Assembly: GCA_965219455.1 (NCBI GenBank)
Contig: OZ244744.1
Span: 3,776,001 to 3,840,000, forward strand
Source: Candidatus Latescibacterota bacterium
GTDB lineage: Bacteria > Latescibacterota > UBA2968 > GCA-2709665
Length of the DNA stretch: 64,000 bases
Direction of reading: 5' to 3'
The notes beneath the pieces are model-generated. The model saw only the letters and a list, made by a program, of their open reading frames with translations, was not told the DNA's origin and ran no database searches. A program made the translations under genes and the position numbers. Of the stretch, positions 37,484 to 46,483 are shown piece after piece. The number at the start of each line of letters is the position of its first letter. Within the stretch, counting starts at the first letter, position 1.

Positions 37484-39715
37484 ATGAAAAAGAACCGATC
37501 GTTTGATCTCGCGTTTCTGTTGGTCACAGTCCTCTTCGTGCAGGAAAACTTCGCCCAGACCATCCTGGAAGGGCATTCGGATCCCGGCAACTCAAAGGTG
37601 TTTTCGTCTACTGGGAATATCTTATCTACCGGGTCGTTGGATGGCGACTATCGAACATGGCGTCTTCCGGAAGGTGCAATAATGCGTCTGGGTAAAGGAG
37701 CTATCGGTCGTGGGGACCGGGCATTGGGTTACTCCCCCGATGGGACCCGGCTGGCGGTGGCCAGTACAATAGGCATCTGGCTTTACGACGTCCGGACCGG
37801 CGCCGAAGTCAATTTGCTTCCGGGAGGGAGTGTCACTTCGGTGGCATTTTCGACCGATGGCGCGCTGCTGGCTTCCGGAGCGCTGGATAATACGGTACAG
37901 TTGTGGGACATGCCAACCAATACGAATATCGCCAGACTTGAAGGCCATTCCGATGGGGTCAGGGCGGTGGCGTTTTCGCATGATGGAAAAATGCTCGCGT
38001 CCGGGGCAGGAGATCCGACCGTTCACTTTCCAGCGGATAATACGATCAAGTTGTGGGACGTGGCAACGAACGCAATTATCGCTACGCTCGAGGGGCATAA
38101 GGGGATGGTGGCTTCTGTGGCGTTTTCGCCGGATGGAAAGATTCTGGTATCCGGATCAAACGACGAGACGGTGAAATTGTGGGACGTGGCAACGAAGGAG
38201 AGTATCGCCACGCTGGAAGGCCATACAGATGGGGTCGCTTCGGTGGCGTTTTCGCCAGACGGAACAATCCTCGCGTCAGGAGCGAGGACTTTTGATGAGA
38301 CGGTGAAGTTGTGGGACGTGGCAACGAAGGAGAGTATCGCCACGCTGGAAGGCCATACGGATGGGGTCGCTTCGGTGGCGTTTTCACCCGACGGAGCAAT
38401 CCTCGCGGCCGGCGTAGGAGACGCGTTTTTTCCGATATTTTTTCTCGAGTTAAGTGAAAATACGGTGAAACTGTGGGACGTGACGAGCGGAGATCTGATC
38501 ATCTCTCCAGAAGGCCGGACGGAGACGGTCCATTCAGTGGCGTTTTCACCCCCCGATGGAAAAACGATCGTGGCTGGGGCGCGGATGCTCAGTGATTACA
38601 CCGTGCGGCTTTGGGACGTGGCCAGCGGAAACCAGACCGCTTCTCTGGAAGGTCATACGCAGGTGGTCCATTCGGTGGCGTACTTATCCGATGGCAGACG
38701 CCTGGCTTCAGGGTCTGGTAACACAATCATGCTTTGGGACGCGGCCAGTGGAGACCAGATGACCTCCCTTGAAGGCTTTGTGCTTTCGCCCGACGGAACG
38801 CGCCGGGCTACCCTGTCATGGGATGGAGCGATTCTGCTCTGGGACGTGGCCAGCGGAGATCGGATCGCCTCTCTCGAAGGCCATGAGGGAGACATCCTGT
38901 CGGCGTTTTCTCCCGATGGAAAGGTACTGGCAACCGGATCTGGGTTCTCGAGTGGCTATACGGTGCGGTTATGGGATGCGGCCGGCGGTGAACTGATCGC
39001 CACGCTCGAAGGGTTTGAGGATAGAGTCGCTTCGGTGGCGTTTTCGACCGATGGTAAAATGCTCGCGTCCGGAGGCGGATATTTTGATAGTACGGTGAAG
39101 TTGTGGGACGTGGCGGAAAATGCGAATATCGCCAGCCTTGAAGGCCATTCCAATGGGGTCTATTCGGTGGCGTTTTCGCCTGACGGAAAGATGCTCGCGT
39201 CTGGGGCAGGAGATAAAACGGTGAAGCTGTGGGACGTGTCCAGCGGAGGCCAAATCGCATCCCTGGAAGACCATACCGATTGGGTCTATTCGGTGGCGTT
39301 TTCGCCCGATGGAAGAGTACTCGCGTCCGGATCAAGCGATGGGAGCATCAAGTTGTGGGACGTGACCGGCGGTGAGCCGATCGCTACGCTCGAAGGACAC
39401 ACGGGGAGCGTCATTTCGGTGGCGTTTTCCGACTACGGAACCCGGCTGGCTTCAGGTTCGTGGGATGGCACGATTCTGCTGTGGGACATGTCGCCGTACA
39501 TCACAATTCAGCCTCCGATTCCATCTTCGCCTCCTACTCCCGATTTCGACGGCGACGGGACCGTCGGTTTCGGCGACTTTCTGCTGTTCGCCGCCGCGTT
39601 CGGGCAAAGTCAGGGTGATGCTGGTTATGATGCGCGCTACGATCTGGATGAGGATGGCGTCATCGGGTTCGGTGATTTTCTGATCTTCGCGGGCGCGTTC
39701 GGAAAAACATCATGA
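37484..39715 (+). CDS. Secreted WD40-repeat protein + dockerin-like (class B)
   Basis: AGGAG RBS; signal peptide ending FAQ; GDYRTWRLPEGAIMRLGKG leader; many LEGH..V.SVAFSPDG..LASG...VKLWD repeats; DFDGDGTVGFGDF...DLDEDGVIGFGDF. Confidence 0.88.
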   Translation: MKKNRSFDLAFLLVTVLFVQENFAQTILEGHSDPGNSKVFSSTGNILSTGSLDGDYRTWRLPEGAIMRLGKGAIGRGDRALGYSPDGTRLAVASTIGIWLYDVRTGAEVNLLPGGSVTSVAFSTDGALLASGALDNTVQLWDMPTNTNIARLEGHSDGVRAVAFSHDGKMLASGAGDPTVHFPADNTIKLWDVATNAIIATLEGHKGMVASVAFSPDGKILVSGSNDETVKLWDVATKESIATLEGHTDGVASVAFSPDGTILASGARTFDETVKLWDVATKESIATLEGHTDGVASVAFSPDGAILAAGVGDAFFPIFFLELSENTVKLWDVTSGDLIISPEGRTETVHSVAFSPPDGKTIVAGARMLSDYTVRLWDVASGNQTASLEGHTQVVHSVAYLSDGRRLASGSGNTIMLWDAASGDQMTSLEGFVLSPDGTRRATLSWDGAILLWDVASGDRIASLEGHEGDILSAFSPDGKVLATGSGFSSGYTVRLWDAAGGELIATLEGFEDRVASVAFSTDGKMLASGGGYFDSTVKLWDVAENANIASLEGHSNGVYSVAFSPDGKMLASGAGDKTVKLWDVSSGGQIASLEDHTDWVYSVAFSPDGRVLASGSSDGSIKLWDVTGGEPIATLEGHTGSVISVAFSDYGTRLASGSWDGTILLWDMSPYITIQPPIPSSPPTPDFDGDGTVGFGDFLLFAAAFGQSQGDAGYDARYDLDEDGVIGFGDFLIFAGAFGKTS

Positions 39716-39728
39716 AACGGACTTATTT

Positions 39729-41336
39729 ATGAAAATTCATGCTCCGATTTCGGTTGTGTTCACATCCCTCAATCTCGTTTTCTCGTTGTTGGCGTTCAAT
39801 CGACCAGTGGGTGCTCAAGGCGGAACTCCGGATTCATTGTCCCAGACGGCCCCGGTGATTCACAATGTAATTTTGAGGGTCGTACGCGTGACGCCGAGTT
39901 GGATGCCCTACGCATCCACCGGTGGTTGGACTGCTGCCGTTCCTCAAAAGGAAAGTGAAATTCTGCGGTTTTATGAAGCGGCCATCTGGGAAGAGACTTC
40001 AGCGGTACATTTTTACGCATTCCCTAACGACTACGATGACCGGTATGGAAACAGGGGCAGCGTTAGTGACGAGGAGAAGATCGCATACAGGGAGCAATAC
40101 CTGATAAGCCAGTTTACGGATATGCCGGGCGCCTACACAGCGGAAAGAAGCGCCTTCTTGAAGTCGACATTTATGGATATCGTATCCCATTTGGTGAACG
40201 AGCACCCCAATTCAGAGCATCATCTGATGTATAGCGGCCATGGCGGCCCGGGAGGCAAGCTCTTCGCCGGAAATTTATATCGAGACGATGCGAACGAACT
40301 CTTGAAACACTGGAGCCAGTCACTGAGGAGACCACTTGGCGTCATCGATATGGGAGGGCCGTGCACGAAGGGAAGTTTCTCGGACCTGGATAATTTCTGT
40401 GAATCCGCCAGATATTACGTGGCTTCGGATCTGGCCAATGGTGGATACACAATGGATCGCTGGACATCTGAAAAACACAATGAAACCAATCCTGAAACCC
40501 AATATCACAACCTGTTTTTCTCCAATTCAAGCCTGGAAGAGACACTGAAGGATCGAGTCGACCTGAAGAGGACGAGGTACGAATATTCCAGAAACAACAT
40601 GATCACGAATCAAGTCGCTCAGGCAAATTACCTCTACTCGTGCGCCGAATTGCGGTCGTTTGCGCATGTCTTCAAACCATTTATCGGTGCGGCGGGAGCC
40701 GAATATGGCATTTTCGATGACTTGCGCCAGTATCTGAATGATAATGGAGCTGCGCCGGCAGTGATAGAGCAATTCAGCAAGGTCATTGTACACCAGGCTG
40801 ACAACAAAGATTTCTTTGAGTGGAGCGTCGTCCGTAATGGGATGTTGATGCCCGATCCCGAGCATTTTGACCTGCAAAGCCCGCGTCCTCAGGCTCTGGC
40901 GAAGGTATTCGGCGATGGACAAGAAGCAGGAGCAGGCACGGTGCTTGAGGTCCCGTTGACGGTTGAAGTGCGGGATCAGAACGGGAACGTGCTTGCAGGC
41001 GCCACGGTCTTCTTCGACGTCACGGGAGGGGGAGGGAGTCTGTCGACTACCATCGCTACCACCGATGCCACGGGTCGGTCCTTTGTGACCCTGACGCTGG
41101 GGGCCCATCCGGGAGCCAACACGGTCGAGGTGACGTCGGGTGGACTTTCGCCGGTGACCTTTACGGTAGAGGCACTGGCTACCGCCGATTTCAACGGCGA
41201 CGGCCGGACCGATTTCGTGGATTTTTTCCTGTTTGCCGATGCGTACGGCGGCACGGACGCCCGCTTTGACCTCGACGGCAACGGCAGGGTCGATTTCGCG
41301 GACTTCTTCAGGTTTGTGGATGCGTTTGGCACTTAG
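39729..41336 (+). CDS. Secreted clan-CD (clostripain/caspase-like) peptidase candidate + Big_1 + dockerin-like (class A)
   Basis: Signal peptide; HLMYSGHGG followed by VIDMGGPC (His-Gly/Cys dyad spacing) and YYVAS; GDGQ...PLTVEVRDQNG Big_1; terminal EF-hand pair. Confidence 0.7.
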   Translation: MKIHAPISVVFTSLNLVFSLLAFNRPVGAQGGTPDSLSQTAPVIHNVILRVVRVTPSWMPYASTGGWTAAVPQKESEILRFYEAAIWEETSAVHFYAFPNDYDDRYGNRGSVSDEEKIAYREQYLISQFTDMPGAYTAERSAFLKSTFMDIVSHLVNEHPNSEHHLMYSGHGGPGGKLFAGNLYRDDANELLKHWSQSLRRPLGVIDMGGPCTKGSFSDLDNFCESARYYVASDLANGGYTMDRWTSEKHNETNPETQYHNLFFSNSSLEETLKDRVDLKRTRYEYSRNNMITNQVAQANYLYSCAELRSFAHVFKPFIGAAGAEYGIFDDLRQYLNDNGAAPAVIEQFSKVIVHQADNKDFFEWSVVRNGMLMPDPEHFDLQSPRPQALAKVFGDGQEAGAGTVLEVPLTVEVRDQNGNVLAGATVFFDVTGGGGSLSTTIATTDATGRSFVTLTLGAHPGANTVEVTSGGLSPVTFTVEALATADFNGDGRTDFVDFFLFADAYGGTDARFDLDGNGRVDFADFFRFVDAFGT

Positions 41337-41518
41337 GTGGACGTGAAGTGCGCGTCGTGATCGTGCCCGGTGCGCATCGTAAGTATTCACGACTTACCCC
41401 GGTGGCCGCGCGCCCGCCGGCTCGCAACGCATTCCAAACAGTGATCTGGGTTGTATGTATTTGTGCCGGGTTCATGTCGGTGCCGCCCGCATTCCTGTTC
41501 CGGAACCGAAACCGCCCA

Positions 41519-41570
41519 CTTCAAGGGCTGTACGGAGAGAGGGTAAATTCCGTGCCGTTTTCGCCGGTGC
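41519..41570 (+). pseudogene. Decayed WD40 repeat fragment
   Basis: Translates as LQGLYGERVNSVPFSP, resembling LEGHTDRVxSVAFSP in neighbouring WD40 genes; lies upstream of the real start of the next gene. Confidence 0.4.
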
Positions 41571-41683
41571 ATTCGGCCTGGAAGGTACATCGACTTGAAC
41601 TGCCCTATGCCATCATTGCAGTTGATTTAAACCGTTCCATAACACCTCAAATCATCCACCACATCGTAGAAAGGAGTCCGGCA

Positions 41684-43351
41684 ATGATCCATTTCATCCG
41701 TTTCCTGTGTGTTGCTTTGTGTTTTTGTTCGAGCAGCGACGTTTTAGGCAACAAGGTCTCGGGGCGTCTGGGCAAGCAACTGGACAAGGCATTGAAGGGG
41801 CGCAACCTGATACTGCGGGGCAGCATCCATCAGAATCCAATGACGTACTACGAGCTTGATGGCAACGTGTACTATTACGCGCATTCCCGGAGGTATCCGG
41901 TCCTGTTTCGCATCGAAAAAGACGAACCGGTGCAGATTCGGTCGGTCAAAGTGCGGGACGATGCGGTCGAAGTCGAACTCAGGAGCGCAAGGCTGGGGAA
42001 AGGGTTGGTGTCGTTTTCCGCGCCATTGCATTCGCCACCCGTGAATCGAGCGGCTTTCGACGCGGGATTTGCGCTATGTTTCAAGACAGGAGAAGAGACA
42101 GAGGTTTTGCCGTCCCTGATCGGCAATACGAGCAGTAACGTGTTTCACGTGGCGTCGTCCAATCATTTGCCGGATGCGGACAAACGGCAGGCCTTTCACA
42201 CACACGCGGAAGCGGAAACCGCGGGCATGCGCGCGTGTAAGCTGTGTTTCATGCGAATGCCGCTGGTGAGCGACTATACGACCGAGCGTACATTGGCGCT
42301 CTATGCGTCTCAGCAGATTCAAAGCATGGGACAGTTGGCGACGGATGACGCGTTGCAGTTGCGCGCGAGAGAGATCGGGCAGCGGGTGCTGGACAACTGG
42401 CCGGTTCCCCTGCAGGGATACAAATATCGGTTTTCGGTGATGGAAGACGACGAAGTCAATGCCTATGCCCTGCCCACGGGATTCGTCTTTGTCAATCGGG
42501 GTCTCCTGGAGGCAACGGAGAGCGAATTGGAAATCGAGGGTGTGATTGCCCACGAAATCGCCCACGTCGAGCGCCGGCACAGCTATCGAATCTATCGAAA
42601 TGAGAAAAAGAAACAGCTGATATCGTCAGCCGCGGGCGTGCTTGTGGGCGTACTGGCCGGTAAGAAATCAAAGAAAGACAAAGTGAAAACGGCAGTTATC
42701 TTCGGTGGATTGGCATACAACCTGGCCAAGGCCGCGACAGACGTGTTTTTTGAAGGATATCCGCGGTCGATGGAAGAAGAGGCCGACGCCATGGCGGCCT
42801 TGTATCTGGAGCGGCAATACGGTAGTGAAGGGCTTGCTGAAATGACCCGTGTATTGAGGAAGTTGCGGTATTACACGGATTACGTCGGGGCCGACCAAAA
42901 GAATATGCGGGCGTTTCGCTCGCACCCTTTGCTGGATGATCGCATCGCGGCCTTTACAAGCTCCAGGGTCAAGGTGTTCGACAAACCGGTGCGCGTGGTG
43001 GGGCGCAACAACCGCGGGGATGAGGTCGTGACCCTTGAAATGTCGTGCCAGCGCTGGACAACACCGGCTGTCGCCAGCCGTTTTTCTCTGGATCCGACAC
43101 AGGTCCTGGGCAAAGCCTATGCCACTGCCGACATTGGCAAACCCCGCAAGTTCAAAGACATCGTCTTTACGACTGCAGCCGGACGAAAGATCAAACTGGA
43201 CAACAAGGAAGATTCCCTCATCGGTCCTTATGAAGATCAAGGTTTTCTCCTGCGCGGAAATCTGCAGGCGAAGCTGGATGAACTGGACGTGAAAGGAGTG
43301 AAGGTCAACCTGGACGGCGCAAAGCTGAAGTGGCGTCTGGAAACAGATTGA
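41684..43351 (+). CDS. Secreted M48-family (BepA/YfgC-like) metalloprotease with an Ada-type metal-binding subdomain
   Basis: ATG41684 follows AAGGAG; VNAYALPTGFVFVNRGLL, HEIAHVERRH, EEEAD, SHP...RI; GNTSSNVFH...AEAETAGMRACKLC. Confidence 0.85.
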   Translation: MIHFIRFLCVALCFCSSSDVLGNKVSGRLGKQLDKALKGRNLILRGSIHQNPMTYYELDGNVYYYAHSRRYPVLFRIEKDEPVQIRSVKVRDDAVEVELRSARLGKGLVSFSAPLHSPPVNRAAFDAGFALCFKTGEETEVLPSLIGNTSSNVFHVASSNHLPDADKRQAFHTHAEAETAGMRACKLCFMRMPLVSDYTTERTLALYASQQIQSMGQLATDDALQLRAREIGQRVLDNWPVPLQGYKYRFSVMEDDEVNAYALPTGFVFVNRGLLEATESELEIEGVIAHEIAHVERRHSYRIYRNEKKKQLISSAAGVLVGVLAGKKSKKDKVKTAVIFGGLAYNLAKAATDVFFEGYPRSMEEEADAMAALYLERQYGSEGLAEMTRVLRKLRYYTDYVGADQKNMRAFRSHPLLDDRIAAFTSSRVKVFDKPVRVVGRNNRGDEVVTLEMSCQRWTTPAVASRFSLDPTQVLGKAYATADIGKPRKFKDIVFTTAAGRKIKLDNKEDSLIGPYEDQGFLLRGNLQAKLDELDVKGVKVNLDGAKLKWRLETD

Positions 43352-43689
43352 GCGGGAATAGGCTGGCGTTATAGCCCGCGAAACGGAGTCAGACGTCGTT
43401 GCACCATCGGATCTGGTGATTATCCGATCTTTTCAGATGGGTTTCGGGGCAAGGATTTGCCAGCGACGGCGGCGGACGTGACGAGGACGGCGCCTTCTGC
43501 TCGCTCCAGTATATCGGTGCTGTCCGTCGTCCGCCGTCCGGCAAATATAGTTCGGAGGTGCACCCGCTCTACGAGTCGTTTTGAGCCCACTTGCATGAAA
43601 CCTGCCCTCGACGGCGTCGTGTACTGACTCCCGTGAATTGTACAAATTGAAAGGATGGGGAAGTATTCTCTCAAAAGGAGGAAACCACG

Positions 43690-46335
43690 ATGCGACCCTC
43701 AGTTCTCTACTACACCCTTGCCCTATTGATCTGCCTCCTACTTTCGCCGCCGCAGGTCGCTCATGCATCCTCCGCGCCGCCCGATAGCGCAAATTTCTGC
43801 GCGCCGATTGATTACGAGCAGTGGCGGCGTGATCACCCCCTCCCCGCGGCCAAGCGGCTCGCGGGTCTGAACGTCGGCGAACCCCTTACCGTGCGGATGA
43901 TCTACTTTCTACCCAGCGATCGCTCCCCCCAGCAAGATATAGACGCAAAGATGGATGAGGTGATGAAGAACGTACAGCTATCTTACGCGGAGGTGATGGA
44001 ATACCACGGGTTCGGCAGAAAAACCTTCAGGCTTGAAACCGACGGCGATGGAAAGGCTGTGGTGCACCATGTTAGAGGGAAGTTCAACGATGAGTATTAT
44101 CATACGGACACTTACTCCAAGGTCGTCTGGCAAGAAACGGCTGAACAGTTTGACTTGTCAGCGAATATCTACTTCATCGTGCTGGATGTAAGTACCGCGA
44201 ACATCGACGGCTTCGCTTGCGGGCAAGGCGCACCCCACGGACCCGAAGGCGGAGCCACACTTATACCCGCTCCCAACAGTGCCCGCCAACGCGAACGCGG
44301 CTGGAGTTGTTTCAATGTTGCCGTTTCTGCCCATGAACTCGGACACGCCTTTGGACTGGCGCACGATCTCTTCATAAATGCCTCTCGAAGCCCATCTTCG
44401 TATCACACCGACTGGATGGTTACGTCATTCTGTGCCGCCGAATGGCTGGATGCCCACCGCTACTTCAACATAGGCCAAAGTTATCCCAAAGAAGACCAAC
44501 AAACCACAATTCAGATGCTTCCACCCCTCGCAGTTCCACCGTACGCGATCCGCCTCCGCTTTGAGGTAACCGATCCTGATGGACTCCATCAAGCGCAGTT
44601 GCACAACAGCACCGGTGACGCAATTGATTGTCAAGGGTTTGGCCTGGACGGGAAAAGTGGCTCCGTTGAATTTACCACTTCCGCAGTGTCGGAAGCACCA
44701 AGGAATCATGTGGGCCTCAGGGTCGTCGATGTGTATGGAAATGTAACGGAGAAACGGTTTTCAATCGACATTACGTCACTGCATCCGCCCAAAGTCGTGT
44801 CGATACCCGATGCGAATTTAGCCGCGGTGGTGCGGGAAGCCCTCGACTTGACACCGGCAGATGCTATCAGCCAACTGGATATGTTGAGATTGGGTGAACT
44901 TGAAGCCTCCCGTCGCCAGATAACTGACCTTACTGGGCTTGAGCATGCAGTTAATCTAAAGGGGTTATCCCTTGGCGAGAATCAGATTCGCGACATCACA
45001 CCCCTGGCGGGATCGACCATCCTCGAATCCTTGGATCTTAGAAGCAACAACATCTCGGATCTGTCGCCCCTCGCTAAGTTCACCAACCTTGTAAAATTAG
45101 AGCTTAACGACAACAACATCTCGGATCTGTCGCCCCTCGCTAAGTTGACCAACCTGACAGCACTGGGGTTTGAAAACAACTCGGTCTCGGATCTGTCGCC
45201 CCTCGCTAAGTTGACCAAACTGAAAGAACTGTGGCTTAACAACATCTCGGATCTGTCGCCCTTGGCGGGGTTGACCAACCTGACAGCACTGGGGCTTAAC
45301 GACAACAACATCTCGGATCTGTCGCCCCTCGCTAAGTTCACCAACCTTGTAAAATTAGAGCTTAACGACAACAACATCTCGGATCTGTCGCCCCTCGCTA
45401 AGTTCACCAACCTTGTAAAATTAGAGCTTGCCGCCAACCAGATCAGCGATATCACCCCTCTGGTAGGATTAACCATCCTGGAGTCATTACAGCTCTACGG
45501 AAACAATATCTCGGATATCTCATCGTTGGCTAAGATGACCAATCTGTCTCGGTTGCATATTGCGGGAAACTCGGTGAGGGACCTCTCGCCCTTGGCGGGG
45601 TTAATCAATATCTCAAGTCTGGAACTTGCCTACAATCGGATCAGAGAAATCACTCCACTCGCGAAGTTGATCTACCTTGTAAGATTAGAGCTTTTCGGCA
45701 ACCGGATCTCAGATATATCTCCTCTGGCGGAGTTGAACCACCTGGGATTCCTGAATACTCTGGACAATCCCCTCAGTTACTCCTCCATAAATGAGCACAT
45801 CCCCGCCCTCCGGAGCCGCGGAGTAACCGTAGAGTTCGACACACGAGTACCGAAGGGGTTGGAGAAATCCTCCGGTGACGGTCAAAAGGGACAGACCGAC
45901 ACTCAATTGAAGGAACCGTTCGTCGTAACGGTGTCGGATCAGAACAAGACGCCGTTTGAAGGTGTACCGGTCTCGTTTGCTGTCACAGCAGGTGGTGGAA
46001 AGCTCTCTTTAGAATCCACGATGACGGACTCGACCGGTCTGGCTTCGAGCACACTGACGCTTGGTGGCAAACCTGGTGCCAACACCGTGACCGTTAAAGT
46101 CTCAGGTATTGATGAGTATCAGACCTTCGTGGCGGAAGCCTTGGGTCTAGCCGACTTCGACGGCGATGGTACGGTGGGGTTCGGCGATTTCGTGCAGTTT
46201 GCTGCACACTTCGGCCAGAATCAGGCCGACGAAGGTTTTGAAGCGCGTTACGATCTTGATGGGAACGGCACCATCGGATTCGGTGATTTTCTGATCTTTG
46301 CCGGCGCCTTCGGGAAAAACATCTCTTCAAGCTGA
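43690..46335 (+). CDS. Secreted metzincin + internalin-type LRR + Big_1 + dockerin-like (class B)
   Basis: AGGAGG RBS; HELGHAFGLAH; IPDANL cap; 22-aa LRRs NNISDLSPLAKLTNL; Big_1; DFDGDGTVGFGDF. Confidence 0.87.
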   Translation: MRPSVLYYTLALLICLLLSPPQVAHASSAPPDSANFCAPIDYEQWRRDHPLPAAKRLAGLNVGEPLTVRMIYFLPSDRSPQQDIDAKMDEVMKNVQLSYAEVMEYHGFGRKTFRLETDGDGKAVVHHVRGKFNDEYYHTDTYSKVVWQETAEQFDLSANIYFIVLDVSTANIDGFACGQGAPHGPEGGATLIPAPNSARQRERGWSCFNVAVSAHELGHAFGLAHDLFINASRSPSSYHTDWMVTSFCAAEWLDAHRYFNIGQSYPKEDQQTTIQMLPPLAVPPYAIRLRFEVTDPDGLHQAQLHNSTGDAIDCQGFGLDGKSGSVEFTTSAVSEAPRNHVGLRVVDVYGNVTEKRFSIDITSLHPPKVVSIPDANLAAVVREALDLTPADAISQLDMLRLGELEASRRQITDLTGLEHAVNLKGLSLGENQIRDITPLAGSTILESLDLRSNNISDLSPLAKFTNLVKLELNDNNISDLSPLAKLTNLTALGFENNSVSDLSPLAKLTKLKELWLNNISDLSPLAGLTNLTALGLNDNNISDLSPLAKFTNLVKLELNDNNISDLSPLAKFTNLVKLELAANQISDITPLVGLTILESLQLYGNNISDISSLAKMTNLSRLHIAGNSVRDLSPLAGLINISSLELAYNRIREITPLAKLIYLVRLELFGNRISDISPLAELNHLGFLNTLDNPLSYSSINEHIPALRSRGVTVEFDTRVPKGLEKSSGDGQKGQTDTQLKEPFVVTVSDQNKTPFEGVPVSFAVTAGGGKLSLESTMTDSTGLASSTLTLGGKPGANTVTVKVSGIDEYQTFVAEALGLADFDGDGTVGFGDFVQFAAHFGQNQADEGFEARYDLDGNGTIGFGDFLIFAGAFGKNISSS

Positions 46336-46483
46336 CGATCTGTCGAGTTTGGAATCAAGGGTGTCCATTGAGACCCATTGAGCCCAGGTATGTAATTTGT
46401 CGGAAAGGCGAAAATGCCACGCTACCCCAGTCACCGTCGACAGAGAGGGTGCCGTGACCGCTTCAAAATTGCCTGATAATACT

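Noticed and set aside
43420-43674. 84-aa minus-strand ORF in the spacer
   Set aside because: Could be a gene relic, but it has no recognisable motif or start signals.
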